Positions 20,193 through 30,154 of a stretch of DNA of 64,000 nucleotides are shown piece by piece. The notes beneath the pieces were generated by a model, which worked only from the letters and a program-made list of their open reading frames with translations, was not told the DNA's origin and made no database searches. Source of the DNA: Chloroflexota bacterium (GTDB lineage: Bacteria > Chloroflexota > UBA11872 > VXNJ01); contig OZ253449.1 of NCBI GenBank assembly GCA_965261345.1, forward strand, positions 1,344,001-1,408,000. The letters are read 5' to 3'. The position numbers and the translations under genes were made by a program. Numbering within the stretch: position 1 is the first letter of the stretch; every line of letters begins with the position of its first letter.

Positions 20193-21755
20193 ATTAGGTA
20201 CGACACCGTAATCGTTGGCGCCGGATCCGCCGGCGCGGTGCTCGCCACCAGACTCTCAGAAGACCGGGACAGAACGGTTCTACTGCTGGAGGCGGGTCCC
20301 GACTATCCGGACCTTGAGCAGATGCCGGACGAGATCAAGTACGGCTACGGTGACCAGAACATTTGGGCTAAAGCGTTTGGCCACGACAGCCCGTTTAACT
20401 GGGAATTCGAAGCTCGGGCGACCGATGACCTGCCGTCGATCATGATTCCGCGCGGCAGATTGGTTGGGGGTTCGTCGGCCGTAAACGCCCAGGTTTTTCT
20501 ACGTGGCCTTCCCGAGGACTTCGATAGCTGGGCCGAAGCAAATAATCCGGGTTGGGCATTTGAGGATGTCTTGCCCTACTTCAAGGCGGTCGAATCAGAC
20601 TTGGACTTTAGCGGTGATATCCACGGTAATGATGGCCCCATCGTTGCCAGGCGCTGGCGCGAAGAGGAGTGGGTAGCGGACCAGCGGGCGTTTTACACGG
20701 CGGCTCGGGAATCCGGATTCCGGCACAGCTCAGACCTCAATGACCCCAATTCCACCGGGGTCGGCCCGATCCCAATGAACAACCCGGATCGGATCCGTTG
20801 GAGTACCGCAATTGGCTATCTGCCGCAGGCCCGGCACCGTCTCAATCTCACGATCAGGCCTGATTGCCACGTTCATCGCGTACTTATCGCCGACGGGCGT
20901 GCCAACGGAGTGGTAGTCGAGAGCGGTGGCGAGCTATTTGAGGTGCACGCTGAAGAGGTGATTCTCTCTGCGGGGTCAATCGGCTCACCGCAGATCCTGC
21001 TGCTGTCCGGCGTGGGACCGTCAGATTCCCTGGAGAAAACTGGATTGAAAGTCCTTCACGATCTGCCGGGAGTGGGCCGCAATTTGCGCGATCACCCTCA
21101 GGTGCAGCTGGATTGGCTTTCACGGCCAGGCTACAAGTTCGACCCGGCGGCGCCGAGCATGCAGGTGGGTTTGCAGTACACCGCGGCGGGCTCGCAATTG
21201 CGAAACGACATGTTCATTCATGCGTATTCGTATGTGACCGATCAAAGCTTTTACCTGGCCACCAGTGGCGACCCGAAAGGCGTGGGGATGATCGTCGCCC
21301 TTTACCTTGCCGAAGGCAGAGGTCAACTCCAGCTCGGCTCGGCGAACCCGCACGACAAACCTCTGCTGGACTACAACTATCTAGCTGAAGAATCTGACCG
21401 GCGTCGCCTGCGCGAAGGTGTACGGATCTGCGCCCGATTGGGGGAATGGGATTCGTACGCTGACGTCATCGAAAGTCCTTTGAACCCAACCAGCGCCCAC
21501 TTGGCTTCCGACGGCGCGTTGGATGCCTGGATCTCAAGCAGCATCCGAACCAGCCACCACGTATCCAGCACATGCAAGATGGGTCCGTCGTCCGATCCCG
21601 ACGCGGTCGTTGACCATACCGGTTCGGTGCACGGAATCGCGGGACTGCGAGTGGTTGATGCGTCGATCATGCCAGATTGCGTGAGGGCCAACACCAATCT
21701 GACAACGATGATGATCGCGGAACGCGTCGCCGCCTTCATTCGAAGCGAAGGCTAG
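20193..21755 (+). CDS. GMC-family (choline dehydrogenase-like) oxidoreductase, apparent ATT start
   Basis: The FAD motif YDTVIVGAGSAGAVLA lies upstream of the ORF-track start. GGSSAVN, GVGRNLRDHP, GLRVVDASIMP. AGGAGG is 8 nt before an in-frame ATT at 20193. Confidence 0.9.
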   Translation: MRYDTVIVGAGSAGAVLATRLSEDRDRTVLLLEAGPDYPDLEQMPDEIKYGYGDQNIWAKAFGHDSPFNWEFEARATDDLPSIMIPRGRLVGGSSAVNAQVFLRGLPEDFDSWAEANNPGWAFEDVLPYFKAVESDLDFSGDIHGNDGPIVARRWREEEWVADQRAFYTAARESGFRHSSDLNDPNSTGVGPIPMNNPDRIRWSTAIGYLPQARHRLNLTIRPDCHVHRVLIADGRANGVVVESGGELFEVHAEEVILSAGSIGSPQILLLSGVGPSDSLEKTGLKVLHDLPGVGRNLRDHPQVQLDWLSRPGYKFDPAAPSMQVGLQYTAAGSQLRNDMFIHAYSYVTDQSFYLATSGDPKGVGMIVALYLAEGRGQLQLGSANPHDKPLLDYNYLAEESDRRRLREGVRICARLGEWDSYADVIESPLNPTSAHLASDGALDAWISSSIRTSHHVSSTCKMGPSSDPDAVVDHTGSVHGIAGLRVVDASIMPDCVRANTNLTTMMIAERVAAFIRSEG

Positions 21756-21827
21756 CGGAACTGCCAGCGCTTGCGCGCTGTGGCTTCCGACGATCGCCCA
21801 GAAGTGCAATTTACTGACAATCTCGGC

Positions 21828-22592
21828 ATGGGTAATCTGACCGCCGCCGAACTCTTGGCTCGCCGCGAACGGATTATCGGCACCGGAATCACTACCTTTT
21901 GCCAAGATCCCGTACACATCCTCCCTGGCGAGGGCGACTGGCTATATGACGCAGATGGCCGGAGTTATCTGGACATTTACAACAATGTGCCCTGCGTGGG
22001 ACGCGCCAACCCCCACCTCGTCGAAGCGATGCAGCACCGGACCGAAACGCTCAACGTCCACTCACGTTACCCGCACGAGGGCATCCTCGATAACGCAGAG
22101 CGACACTCGTCGCTTCATGCCGCTCCGATCACGACCGCGGTGTTCACCTGTGGTGGGACTGAGGCCAACGAGGTCGCGATACAGATGGCGCGCGCCGCCA
22201 CCGGCGGGCGGGACCTGATAGGCACTGAGGCGGCTTATCACGGGAACTCGACTGAGGGGCGCAAACTCACCCGGTTGCGCGGGCGCAAATTTACCGAGAT
22301 TCGGTCGATCCCGGTGCCACAGCGTTTCCGGCCGATAGGCGAAAACTGCGAACCCATCGCCGATGCGCGCGGCCGTGGACTGTTCGTGGGAATTGAATGG
22401 GTCAAGGACCGCCGCAGTATGGATCCGGACCCGGACGGGGCCGAGGTCATCATGAATCGCCTGCGCAAGGCCGGCTTCCTTATGGGACGTGCGGGGCAAT
22501 ACGGCAACGTTCTCAAGGTTCGCCCGCCGCTGGTCTTCAACCGCGAGCACGCGGATCTGTTCCTTGAGGGCGTTGTGGGCTTGCCCGCGTAA
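21828..22592 (+). pseudogene. Class III aminotransferase/phospholyase-like protein with a large internal deletion
   Basis: YLDIYNNVPCVG, GTEANE and AYHGNS, then a direct jump to ARGRGLFVGIE...NVLKVRPPL. The DEVQ motif and PLP-lysine region are absent. Confidence 0.82.
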
Positions 22593-22596
22593 TCTT

Positions 22597-23598
22597 TTGC
22601 CCGAACCAACCAATCTCAGCGAAGCGGAATTTCGCGCCATCGCCCGGCGCGCGCTGCCTCACTGGGGACTAAAACCAGATCGCATCGAGCTGGTTTCGAA
22701 TGCTGAGAACTGCACCTTTCGACTCGTGATGCCGGACGGCCGGTCCCGCGTGCTGCGAATCCACCGGCCAGGCTATCACACTCTGCTCGAGCTTGAATCG
22801 GAACTCATCTGGGCAGGGGTGCTAAGAGATGCCGGAATCAAAGTTCCAGTGGGGCGCAGGACGCTCGATGGGCACGGTTACGCCACGATCCCCACACCGG
22901 ACGGAAGTTCTTCGCGCGCGGTTGGATTGGCCGATTGGGTTGACGGCTACATCCTTCAGCGGGAGATCGAGCGCGAATCCGATTCCTCCCGGATCGCGGC
23001 TCGTTTTGAGCAGATTGGACGCATCGCCGCCCGGATTCACAATCAGTCCAGCAATTGGAGGCCGCCGCCGGAATTTGAGCGTCACGCTTTCGACGTGCCC
23101 GGTTTCGTCGGCCAATCTCCGTTCTGGGGCCGGTTCTGGGAACTGCCCGCGTTAAACGCCGGGCAGCGCGCGATCCTTACCCGCGCTCGCGACGGGATTG
23201 AAGCAATTCTTGGCGATTACGGTCGGGACCCGGCTGTCTTCTCGATGATTCACGCTGACCTGCACCCCAAAAACTTCGTTGTCAGCGAATCGGGCGCTCT
23301 GCACGTAATCGATTTCGATGACGCTGGTTTTGGATGGCACCAGTACGAGCTGGCTGTCGCGCTTAGTGAATTGGAAACCGAACCGTACTTCGATGAGATC
23401 GTCGCGACATTAATTTCCGGATACCGGTCGGTGCGACCAATCAGCGAAGAGGCGTTGGGGCTACTCCCGCTTTTCCTACTAATCCGGTGTCTAGTTTCGA
23501 TCGGCTGGGCCTGGGATCGCCCTGAACTCGGGCGCCGCGGGCGCATCCCGGGGATGGTCGAGGAAGCTTGCAAAAAGATCGCCGGCTTCGGTTTCTAG
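22597..23598 (+). CDS. Phosphotransferase (type II homoserine kinase / hydroxylysine kinase-like)
   Basis: ENCTFR, LRIHRPGYH, IHADLHPKN, IDFDDAGFGW. Confidence 0.88.
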   Translation: MPEPTNLSEAEFRAIARRALPHWGLKPDRIELVSNAENCTFRLVMPDGRSRVLRIHRPGYHTLLELESELIWAGVLRDAGIKVPVGRRTLDGHGYATIPTPDGSSSRAVGLADWVDGYILQREIERESDSSRIAARFEQIGRIAARIHNQSSNWRPPPEFERHAFDVPGFVGQSPFWGRFWELPALNAGQRAILTRARDGIEAILGDYGRDPAVFSMIHADLHPKNFVVSESGALHVIDFDDAGFGWHQYELAVALSELETEPYFDEIVATLISGYRSVRPISEEALGLLPLFLLIRCLVSIGWAWDRPELGRRGRIPGMVEEACKKIAGFGF

Positions 23599-23801
23599 CC
23601 GGGATTTGTCCCGCGCCGGCCGCAACCGACGAATCGGGACTCCTTATCGAGGCCGTTGATGTTAGTCGCATCCCAGCGCTCAAGCCGCCCTGGCCACACG
23701 ATTGAAATCGGCTCACCAACGCTAGGCACGGTTATATCTACCGTCGCATCAGTTCCCAAATCTATGCGGATGAATTAACAGGTAATAACGAATCTTGGTC
23801 G

Positions 23802-26800
23802 TCAGGGCGAGCAAATGACCTCGACCTCCCACCCTTCGGCTATGCCGATATCGGCAACAACCCCAAGAAGGGAAAGGGCGTTTTGGACACTCGCCGACGG
23901 CGATTCGTTTTGGGCAGAGTGACTAAACAATTCATGCTTGCTCAAGCCAGGTTGAACGATCACTATTTTTGCCTCAGGCTTGGGTTGCAGTACTCGCCAA
24001 GACCGACGCCAACCGCTCGGCCAGCTAACGTTGTCGAATCCTAGCCGCGCGCGAAGAAACGATTCTGAGTCGCTACCGTCCACCAGCCTGAGAAAAGGTG
24101 TCTCTCTTTGATCAAGTCTTCTATGGATCTTTTCCCAGATCTGCCTACTGGGGATGAATTGACGGCTTCGGAGAGCCTGCGCTATTACTACCTGCAGATC
24201 CGTAATGCGCACACCCGGTTTACCGCCAGCCGCCTTTGCGTGCCAAAACTCAAGTCCTACTCCGCTGCGCCCAAGATCCTCCAAGACGACGTAATCTGCT
24301 AATTCCCCTTTTCCGTCGTTGCACATCACCCACCGTCTACCAAGCCCTCGCTTCGGACTAGCCAATATGAAGTCCTCGATCGTCTCATGAATCGATTGCT
24401 TCTCGATGCCTCGCCGCTGCTCGAATCTGCGAGTTTCCACGCTTATGTCGGTCGCCACCCAATCATGGTCTAGGAATTTGGCCGATGACATGGTGCTCAA
24501 ACGCGATCGCGAATCGAAGATGATATGCCCTTCTACCCGGCGACCATCAAGGAAATAAATGCTCGGCGGATGAATCGTCAAGAACTCATGCACTGGTTTC
24601 TGTTCAGCGAATCCACGTCGGACTTTCGCATCGCATTCGGAAATAGTTCGCACTTCGCCGGAAACGCTTAGGGTTCCTCGCCAGAAGGGATGTTCTTCAT
24701 CCCCACTAAAGGAAGCTTGGAATTCGACAATGCCATGGGGATCCGGGATTGCCCGGTCACAGTTGGCCAACGACAAAGTTACATCTTCGAGGCTTGCGGC
24801 CATCTCTTCCAATTGGATGTCGAAAGTCCAGCCACGCGCATGCAGTTCGGGAGCAAAATCGATTGAAACGATCGGGTTGCTGGGCCATTGGGCCAGGCGA
24901 GCTCCCCGGCTAACGTCCGGGAGTATCGGGCCGGACAGTCCGACGCGTGGGAACCAAATTCGGTTCGTTAGGTCGTCTACCCACTTGTCATACTGGCGGA
25001 GAGATGTGTATTGAGTGCTCCAGACTTTTCCCTTCGCCGTCGCTCCGCCTCTAGTGATTGTTCGACCCTCGTCATCTAAGACCTGCACCATCACATGGCC
25101 AAGGCCTGTCCGGGCGGTGTCTGATGTCCTCATCGCACCCGAGACATTCCGGCCTAGAAAGCTGCGGTAGCTTGTCGGTGCGCGTAGCCCAATCGACGAG
25201 ATCGACCTGCGGTCAAAGCTGTCAAGGTATCCGGATACGAGTTTGGGGTCGACCTTTACGGCTATTTCTGAAATACCCAATTCGTTGCGGAGCTTCCCCA
25301 AGACTTTTGGGGAATCGGAGTTTTCTACAAGGAGTGAGCAGGTCCCAACCTGGGTCGCCGACCGGTGGCTTATGACTGTTAGTCCGTATCGCACATCCTG
25401 AAGCGTTGGATCAGTCGACCACCGCGGATGAGCTGTTTGCCTTGTGCATACAACGAGGGTGTTTCCGGCCGGATTAACACCAACGAAATCAACGATCGCT
25501 CCGGAGTATTCCTGCCCTAATCTCAACTGTTCCGGCAGATCGGTTCTGAAGTTGGGAGCCCAATCTGGAGGCATCTCATTTATCGAGCCCCGATTCAATG
25601 GTGTTAGGAATGTTGGATCGACACTGGCATGAGATTCAGCAAATTCTTCGGCGTATGTCCGATCGGCTTCACCCCGGGTCACCTCTTCGTCGATAAGCCC
25701 CGGCAGAACCCGCGCCCAATCCGCATCTTCCTCATATAGTCGCCGTACCGCGTCGCACAGTTCGGGATAGACGTCCGCGTCTAGTGCACATAACAGGACT
25801 GATTGCTGAGGAAACTGCGGGTGCACGCGAGCTAGGCGCCCGATAAGTTGCACTGTCGAAGGAGAAGAACGGTGTTTATCGTGGTAGGCCGCTACGCGGA
25901 GCCTCGGGAGGTCAAATCCCTCACCGAGCATCCCAATGACTGCAACTGCTTTCGCTTCGCCAGACCGGAGTCTTTCGATGATCCCAATTCTGCGTTTTTC
26001 GCCAATGCGGCTATGCAGGATCTCGGGGTGGATCCCAAGTCCCTCATAAAGGTTCGCGAGTTCTTTTGCTCGTCGAATTGAACTGCCACGGATAAGCAGC
26101 GTGCTCGTGTGATGCTCGTTCGCCGACATGAGTTCAACTGCCCGTGCGGCGATGCGCCAGTCGACTGAGGCTTTCGACTCGCCTAATTCAACTGGCAAAA
26201 GTTCAGGAGTGATGGGGTTAAAAATTCCTTCGCCAATTGCGATTCGAACCGGATAGTGAAAAGCAATTTGGCCTGGAATTCTTTTTCGATCGCGCCGAAA
26301 CGGGGTCGCTGTGAGTAGGACCGCATTAGCGCGCACGAAATGGTCAAGAATTGCTCGCCACGTCGGGGCCGGTAAATGGTGCGCCTCGTCAACGATCACT
26401 AAGTCGAATAGATCGCTCGAGGGAGGAGATCCCTGGTAAAAAATCGGGCTGATCGATCTTGGGTGGGCAACTACGATATCAGCGCGAGCAATTTCGTTCC
26501 AATCAGTTACTCGCCCCGCTAGCTCAATTACCGAGGGGGTTGGCGCATCCTCAGGTAAGCACCCGAGCAGCTTAAGTACATTCAGCGATCGCATTTCCTC
26601 AGCAACCTGGTTACGCAACGCCACGGAAGGCTCAACCACTAGCACTCGGCGAGGGGTTGGCGATATGAGGAACGGCGCCACCATCGCGACCGCGGTTTTC
26701 CCTGTACCAGTTGGAATTGAGATAACTGGGGGTTCCGCATAGTCCAGCGAGAACGACTGGAGAAGCGCGCCAATTGCACCAAGTTGTGGATTGCGCCATT

Positions 26801-26858
26801 TGTAAATTCCGTCCCCGAGTAGGTTCAATTGGGACGAATGTTGCTGAAAGTACGACAC
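23802..26858 (-). CDS. SF2 (ResIII/DEAH-like) helicase fused to a C-terminal PD-(D/E)xK-like nuclease; candidate defence protein
   Basis: PTGTGKT, DEAHH, TATPFRRD, MLGEGFDLP, QLIGRLAR. The C-terminal motif NDGKGELADYVVL...EFWHAK resembles a restriction-endonuclease-fold active site. Confidence 0.85.
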   Translation of the reverse strand: MSYFQQHSSQLNLLGDGIYKWRNPQLGAIGALLQSFSLDYAEPPVISIPTGTGKTAVAMVAPFLISPTPRRVLVVEPSVALRNQVAEEMRSLNVLKLLGCLPEDAPTPSVIELAGRVTDWNEIARADIVVAHPRSISPIFYQGSPPSSDLFDLVIVDEAHHLPAPTWRAILDHFVRANAVLLTATPFRRDRKRIPGQIAFHYPVRIAIGEGIFNPITPELLPVELGESKASVDWRIAARAVELMSANEHHTSTLLIRGSSIRRAKELANLYEGLGIHPEILHSRIGEKRRIGIIERLRSGEAKAVAVIGMLGEGFDLPRLRVAAYHDKHRSSPSTVQLIGRLARVHPQFPQQSVLLCALDADVYPELCDAVRRLYEEDADWARVLPGLIDEEVTRGEADRTYAEEFAESHASVDPTFLTPLNRGSINEMPPDWAPNFRTDLPEQLRLGQEYSGAIVDFVGVNPAGNTLVVCTRQTAHPRWSTDPTLQDVRYGLTVISHRSATQVGTCSLLVENSDSPKVLGKLRNELGISEIAVKVDPKLVSGYLDSFDRRSISSIGLRAPTSYRSFLGRNVSGAMRTSDTARTGLGHVMVQVLDDEGRTITRGGATAKGKVWSTQYTSLRQYDKWVDDLTNRIWFPRVGLSGPILPDVSRGARLAQWPSNPIVSIDFAPELHARGWTFDIQLEEMAASLEDVTLSLANCDRAIPDPHGIVEFQASFSGDEEHPFWRGTLSVSGEVRTISECDAKVRRGFAEQKPVHEFLTIHPPSIYFLDGRRVEGHIIFDSRSRLSTMSSAKFLDHDWVATDISVETRRFEQRRGIEKQSIHETIEDFILASPKRGLGRRWVMCNDGKGELADYVVLEDLGRSGVGLEFWHAKAAGGKPGVRITDLQVVIAQALRSRQFIPSRQIWEKIHRRLDQRETPFLRLVDGSDSESFLRARLGFDNVSWPSGWRRSWRVLQPKPEAKIVIVQPGLSKHELFSHSAQNESPSASVQNALSLLGVVADIGIAEGWEVEVICSP

Positions 26859-27076
26859 AAAATTTACGCGTACATAACAAATTGCTCAAGCATCAAAAAT
26901 TGGTCACGAGCTTTATTACCGCGACCGGGTGTGCGAGGTTGATAATCCGCGGCAACGAGGATGGCCCAACCTCACAATAGACGACGAAATTGTCCCCTTC
27001 AATCTGAGCCCGAACTGCCTCGGCAGCTCTGCGGCATTGGGCCGTATAGGTCAAGTACATGGGAAAGCTAGCGCCC

Positions 27077-27529
27077 TCATTGCAACAATGAACAAATCAT
27101 GAGGGTCAAGAATGCCACTCCAAACAATGCAGCGGCGCCGTTCTCAACAGTGGTCAATCGCCAGTACCGGATACTCTTCTTTCCTTCGCGGAGAGGATCC
27201 CACTCCGACTCATAAAACTGAAAGCCCAACGATTTCTCAAGCTCCAATAGAACCCTGAATTTCGCCGAGTTCAATTGCCGGTACGCAACTAGCGTAAAGA
27301 CCCAGGAAATGGAGAGCAGCGTGCCGAATCCGCCGATCATGAACAAAAATTTCCAATCGGGCACGGTCCCGATGTCGAGCCCAAAGAATGCCAGCGCAAC
27401 AGCTGAGGTCGCAGTGAACAAACTCACGTACAACCTGTTAGCCCCTTCTCGGCGCTGGCTAACTCGGTCCGCAAATTCCGCGTGAAGTTTGTAAATCTCC
27501 AAGACTTCGCGATCGCCGGGATCTGTCAT
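27077..27529 (-). CDS. Small multi-TM protein resembling the RipA/8xMP membrane family; candidate effector
   Basis: YKLHAEFADRVSQRREGANRLY...W...YRQLNSAKFRVLLELE...YESEW, with three hydrophobic segments. Its ATG overlaps the TIR stop (TGATG). Family recognised from memory only. Confidence 0.7.
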   Translation of the reverse strand: MTDPGDREVLEIYKLHAEFADRVSQRREGANRLYVSLFTATSAVALAFFGLDIGTVPDWKFLFMIGGFGTLLSISWVFTLVAYRQLNSAKFRVLLELEKSLGFQFYESEWDPLREGKKSIRYWRLTTVENGAAALFGVAFLTLMICSLLQ

Positions 27530-27939
27530 CACGCGTGCTTTCTGATGGCGCGAACGACACTTTCGGTGCTCCATCCGACAACCTCGTCAGCAGCTTGTTG
27601 CACCACCGATGAGATCCGCTCACTGCCGCGCGGCCTGATCGCAATTATTGGTTTGGGGTTCCTAAATCCCTTTTGAGCTAATTTGATTTCTTCGTTGATC
27701 CACTTGCTGTAAGTTGCGTAAACCCCGGCCAAAATAAGGACGGCGTGGCACGGCGACATTTGATTACGGATCGCCTCCCGCAATTGCGCGGCAGTCCCGG
27801 CTCCGTGAACCGGGTCATCCGGCGGGACCGAATAGTTCCGAAAAGCGAAATATCCGCGTTGCCTCAAGAGGTTCATTAGTCGGTCGTATTGGTCCGAATA
27901 GTTCCACGAGTGGCTAATGAATAAGTTATATGTCTTCAT
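27529..27939 (-). CDS. TIR-like domain protein (DUF1863/MTH538, Thoeris ThsB-like)
   Basis: 136 aa. YNLFISHSW, NYSVP, VLILAG, SKWINEEI (expected catalytic Glu), KPIIAIRP. Confidence 0.88.
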   Translation of the reverse strand: MKTYNLFISHSWNYSDQYDRLMNLLRQRGYFAFRNYSVPPDDPVHGAGTAAQLREAIRNQMSPCHAVLILAGVYATYSKWINEEIKLAQKGFRNPKPIIAIRPRGSERISSVVQQAADEVVGWSTESVVRAIRKHA

Positions 27940-28458
27940 GATGAATCTCAAAAATTGATGACGATTGTTGACGTTGACCGCTCGACAAATTGGGGTATTT
28001 GGATGCGTATGTACCGGACTCCAATACCTGTGCCTGTGTCGGCCGGCCGTTTGATTTCGAGTGACCACAAACAAGTTGCCTGGTCCAAGAAAATGGCGCG
28101 ATTGGGCCGCAACGCCGCAAATAGAAAGCGACCGCCTTTCAGCAATACGCAGCCCGGCTGCCCCCCGCCGTCAAACACGCCCTTTTGATATCGGATCTTT
28201 CTACCTCTGAAGGGCGACCTTCGCTTAACAGGGCAATCTGACATCAGCTCACTCGCCAAATGACGCGTATCTCATCCGGACAGGCGAAGAAGCTCAGTTT
28301 TTTCTTTTTCAATCAAGTCCATTCCAGCTTGTGATATGCGCAGTAATTATGCGCATCTTTGCCACGCACGATAATAGATCGGAACATCCGCTCACGTAGG
28401 CTGCGCCGGACCTCTGAGTTCATTACAATAGGCAAAAGACCTTGAGCAGGGGTGACGA

Positions 28459-29592
28459 ATGAATCGATCGAGGGTGGAAGTGGTTCGCGGCCCAACCCTA
28501 AAACGCGAAATCCAGACGGTTGTAGGCGTCATACCGGCAGAGACTTTGGTCAAGCATCATTTCGTCCCACGCCGAGACATCTTAAACGACATAGGATACC
28601 AGCGAATACCGTCAGCAAGGCGCGTAACTCAATTGGCAGGTGAACTGCGGCGCGAGAGCGTGGATTTGCCGACCTCGGTCTTGCTAAACGTTCGCGTTGA
28701 CGATCCGGGCGAATTGCTAACACGAATCGGGCCAGATATTTACACGCTGGCGTTGGACCCCGAGGAATCAGAAGGTCGTCACCGTTTGTTCGTAGTCGAC
28801 GGGCAGCATCGGATCAGCGCACTGAGCAAGGCGATCAATGAATACGGCGCGGATTTGCGAAACGTCAAGATTCCATTCGTGTGCATGATTGGAGCCGACG
28901 AAAACCAGGAAATGGAACAATTCCACGTTGTCAACTCGAACGCAAAATCGGTGCCCACTGACCTTGCTTTTGATCTATTAAAGGCGCGAGCGGAACGCGA
29001 CCCAGAATTTGCAACCTGGGTAGAAGACCGGGGTAGGAAGTGGGAAATAGACGCCCAGTCTTTGACCCAGCGACTAGCGAGTGCTTCTGGTACTTGGAAA
29101 GGTCAGATCCGCTTACCAAATTCGCCAAAAGCAGAGACAACGGTACCTTCCGGTTCGTTCGTTCGGTCATTGAAAGTTCTGCTCACCCAAATCACAATCT
29201 TTAGGCGAATCAAAGACACTGAGCGCCAAAGTCAAGTAATTGACGCATACTGGCAAGCAATTCGACGCGTCATCCCTGCCGCATTTGAGGAACCCGCAAA
29301 GTACAACATCCAAAAAGGTGTCGGTGTCGACGTGATGCATTCGATATTCCCCAACATGCTTGATCAGGCTCGATTTCACGGGGGTTCACTTTTCGCGCCC
29401 GAATCATATGAGCAGTTGGTAGGCACGGCACTGGTCAGCTTGGAAGGGCTTAACGGCGAAGGGGAAATTGTTAGTGGCGCCGAGTTCTGGAAGACCGGCC
29501 GCGCCGGCGCGGCCGGCGCCTATACCTCTGCAGCCGGAAAACGCCGGCTCGCCGATTTACTGGAATCTAAGCTACCAGATCTGGATTTGTGA
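28459..29592 (+). CDS. DGQHR domain (ParB-like/DndB-like) protein
   Basis: GYQR, PTSVLLN, VVDGQHRISAL, QFHVVNSNAKSVP. Confidence 0.9.
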   Translation: MNRSRVEVVRGPTLKREIQTVVGVIPAETLVKHHFVPRRDILNDIGYQRIPSARRVTQLAGELRRESVDLPTSVLLNVRVDDPGELLTRIGPDIYTLALDPEESEGRHRLFVVDGQHRISALSKAINEYGADLRNVKIPFVCMIGADENQEMEQFHVVNSNAKSVPTDLAFDLLKARAERDPEFATWVEDRGRKWEIDAQSLTQRLASASGTWKGQIRLPNSPKAETTVPSGSFVRSLKVLLTQITIFRRIKDTERQSQVIDAYWQAIRRVIPAAFEEPAKYNIQKGVGVDVMHSIFPNMLDQARFHGGSLFAPESYEQLVGTALVSLEGLNGEGEIVSGAEFWKTGRAGAAGAYTSAAGKRRLADLLESKLPDLDL

Positions 29593-29639
29593 GCCGTACG
29601 TTTGGCGCACCAGAGGCGATCCACTGATCGGCGCTTAAT

Positions 29640-30154
29640 CGACGCCGTCTTCGCGCTGCAGTTCCTCTCCCGCTAAGAACACGTCCTCCTCGTCGGACCG
29701 GTCGGGGTGGGCAAGAGCTTTTTGGCCCAGGCCTTGGGATATGCGGCGGTCAAGGCCGGCCACTCGGTGCGCTTTGCCAGGGCCGATCACTTCTTCCGCG
29801 ATATGGCCAGGGCCAGATTGGACGCTACCTCAGAACGCACCTTCCGCTCGTATCTGGCGCCGGATCTTCTGATCCTTAGGCGATCTGGGACTGCAGCGCC
29901 TCAGCCAGCAGCAGTCGGTGGACCTGTACGAACTGGTGATCGCCCGGCACCGGGCTTCAAGCTTCGTGATCACCTCCAATAGGGCGGTCGAGGAATGGCT
30001 GGCATTGTTTGCCGATCCGGTGCTGGGCAACAGCGCATTGGACCGATTGGCCAACGCCAGTTACCAGATCGTGATCGAGGGCAAGAGCTACCGGCAGAAG
30101 CTCTCGCCGCATCGGCAACTGTTGGAGCGATTGGAGGCCGCCACGGACAGCTGA
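29640..30154 (+). pseudogene. istB: IS21-family IstB helper ATPase remnant
   Basis: LLVGPVGVGKSFLAQALG and PDLLIL, then a frameshift near 29880, then ITSNRAVEEW...ALDRL...IEGKSYR. It is 5'-truncated and no istA is seen. Confidence 0.85.

Noticed and set aside
27948-28259. 103-aa ORF upstream of the TIR gene as a third operon member
   Set aside because: No recognisable motif, TTG start and non-protein-like composition. Treated as intergenic, though not excluded.
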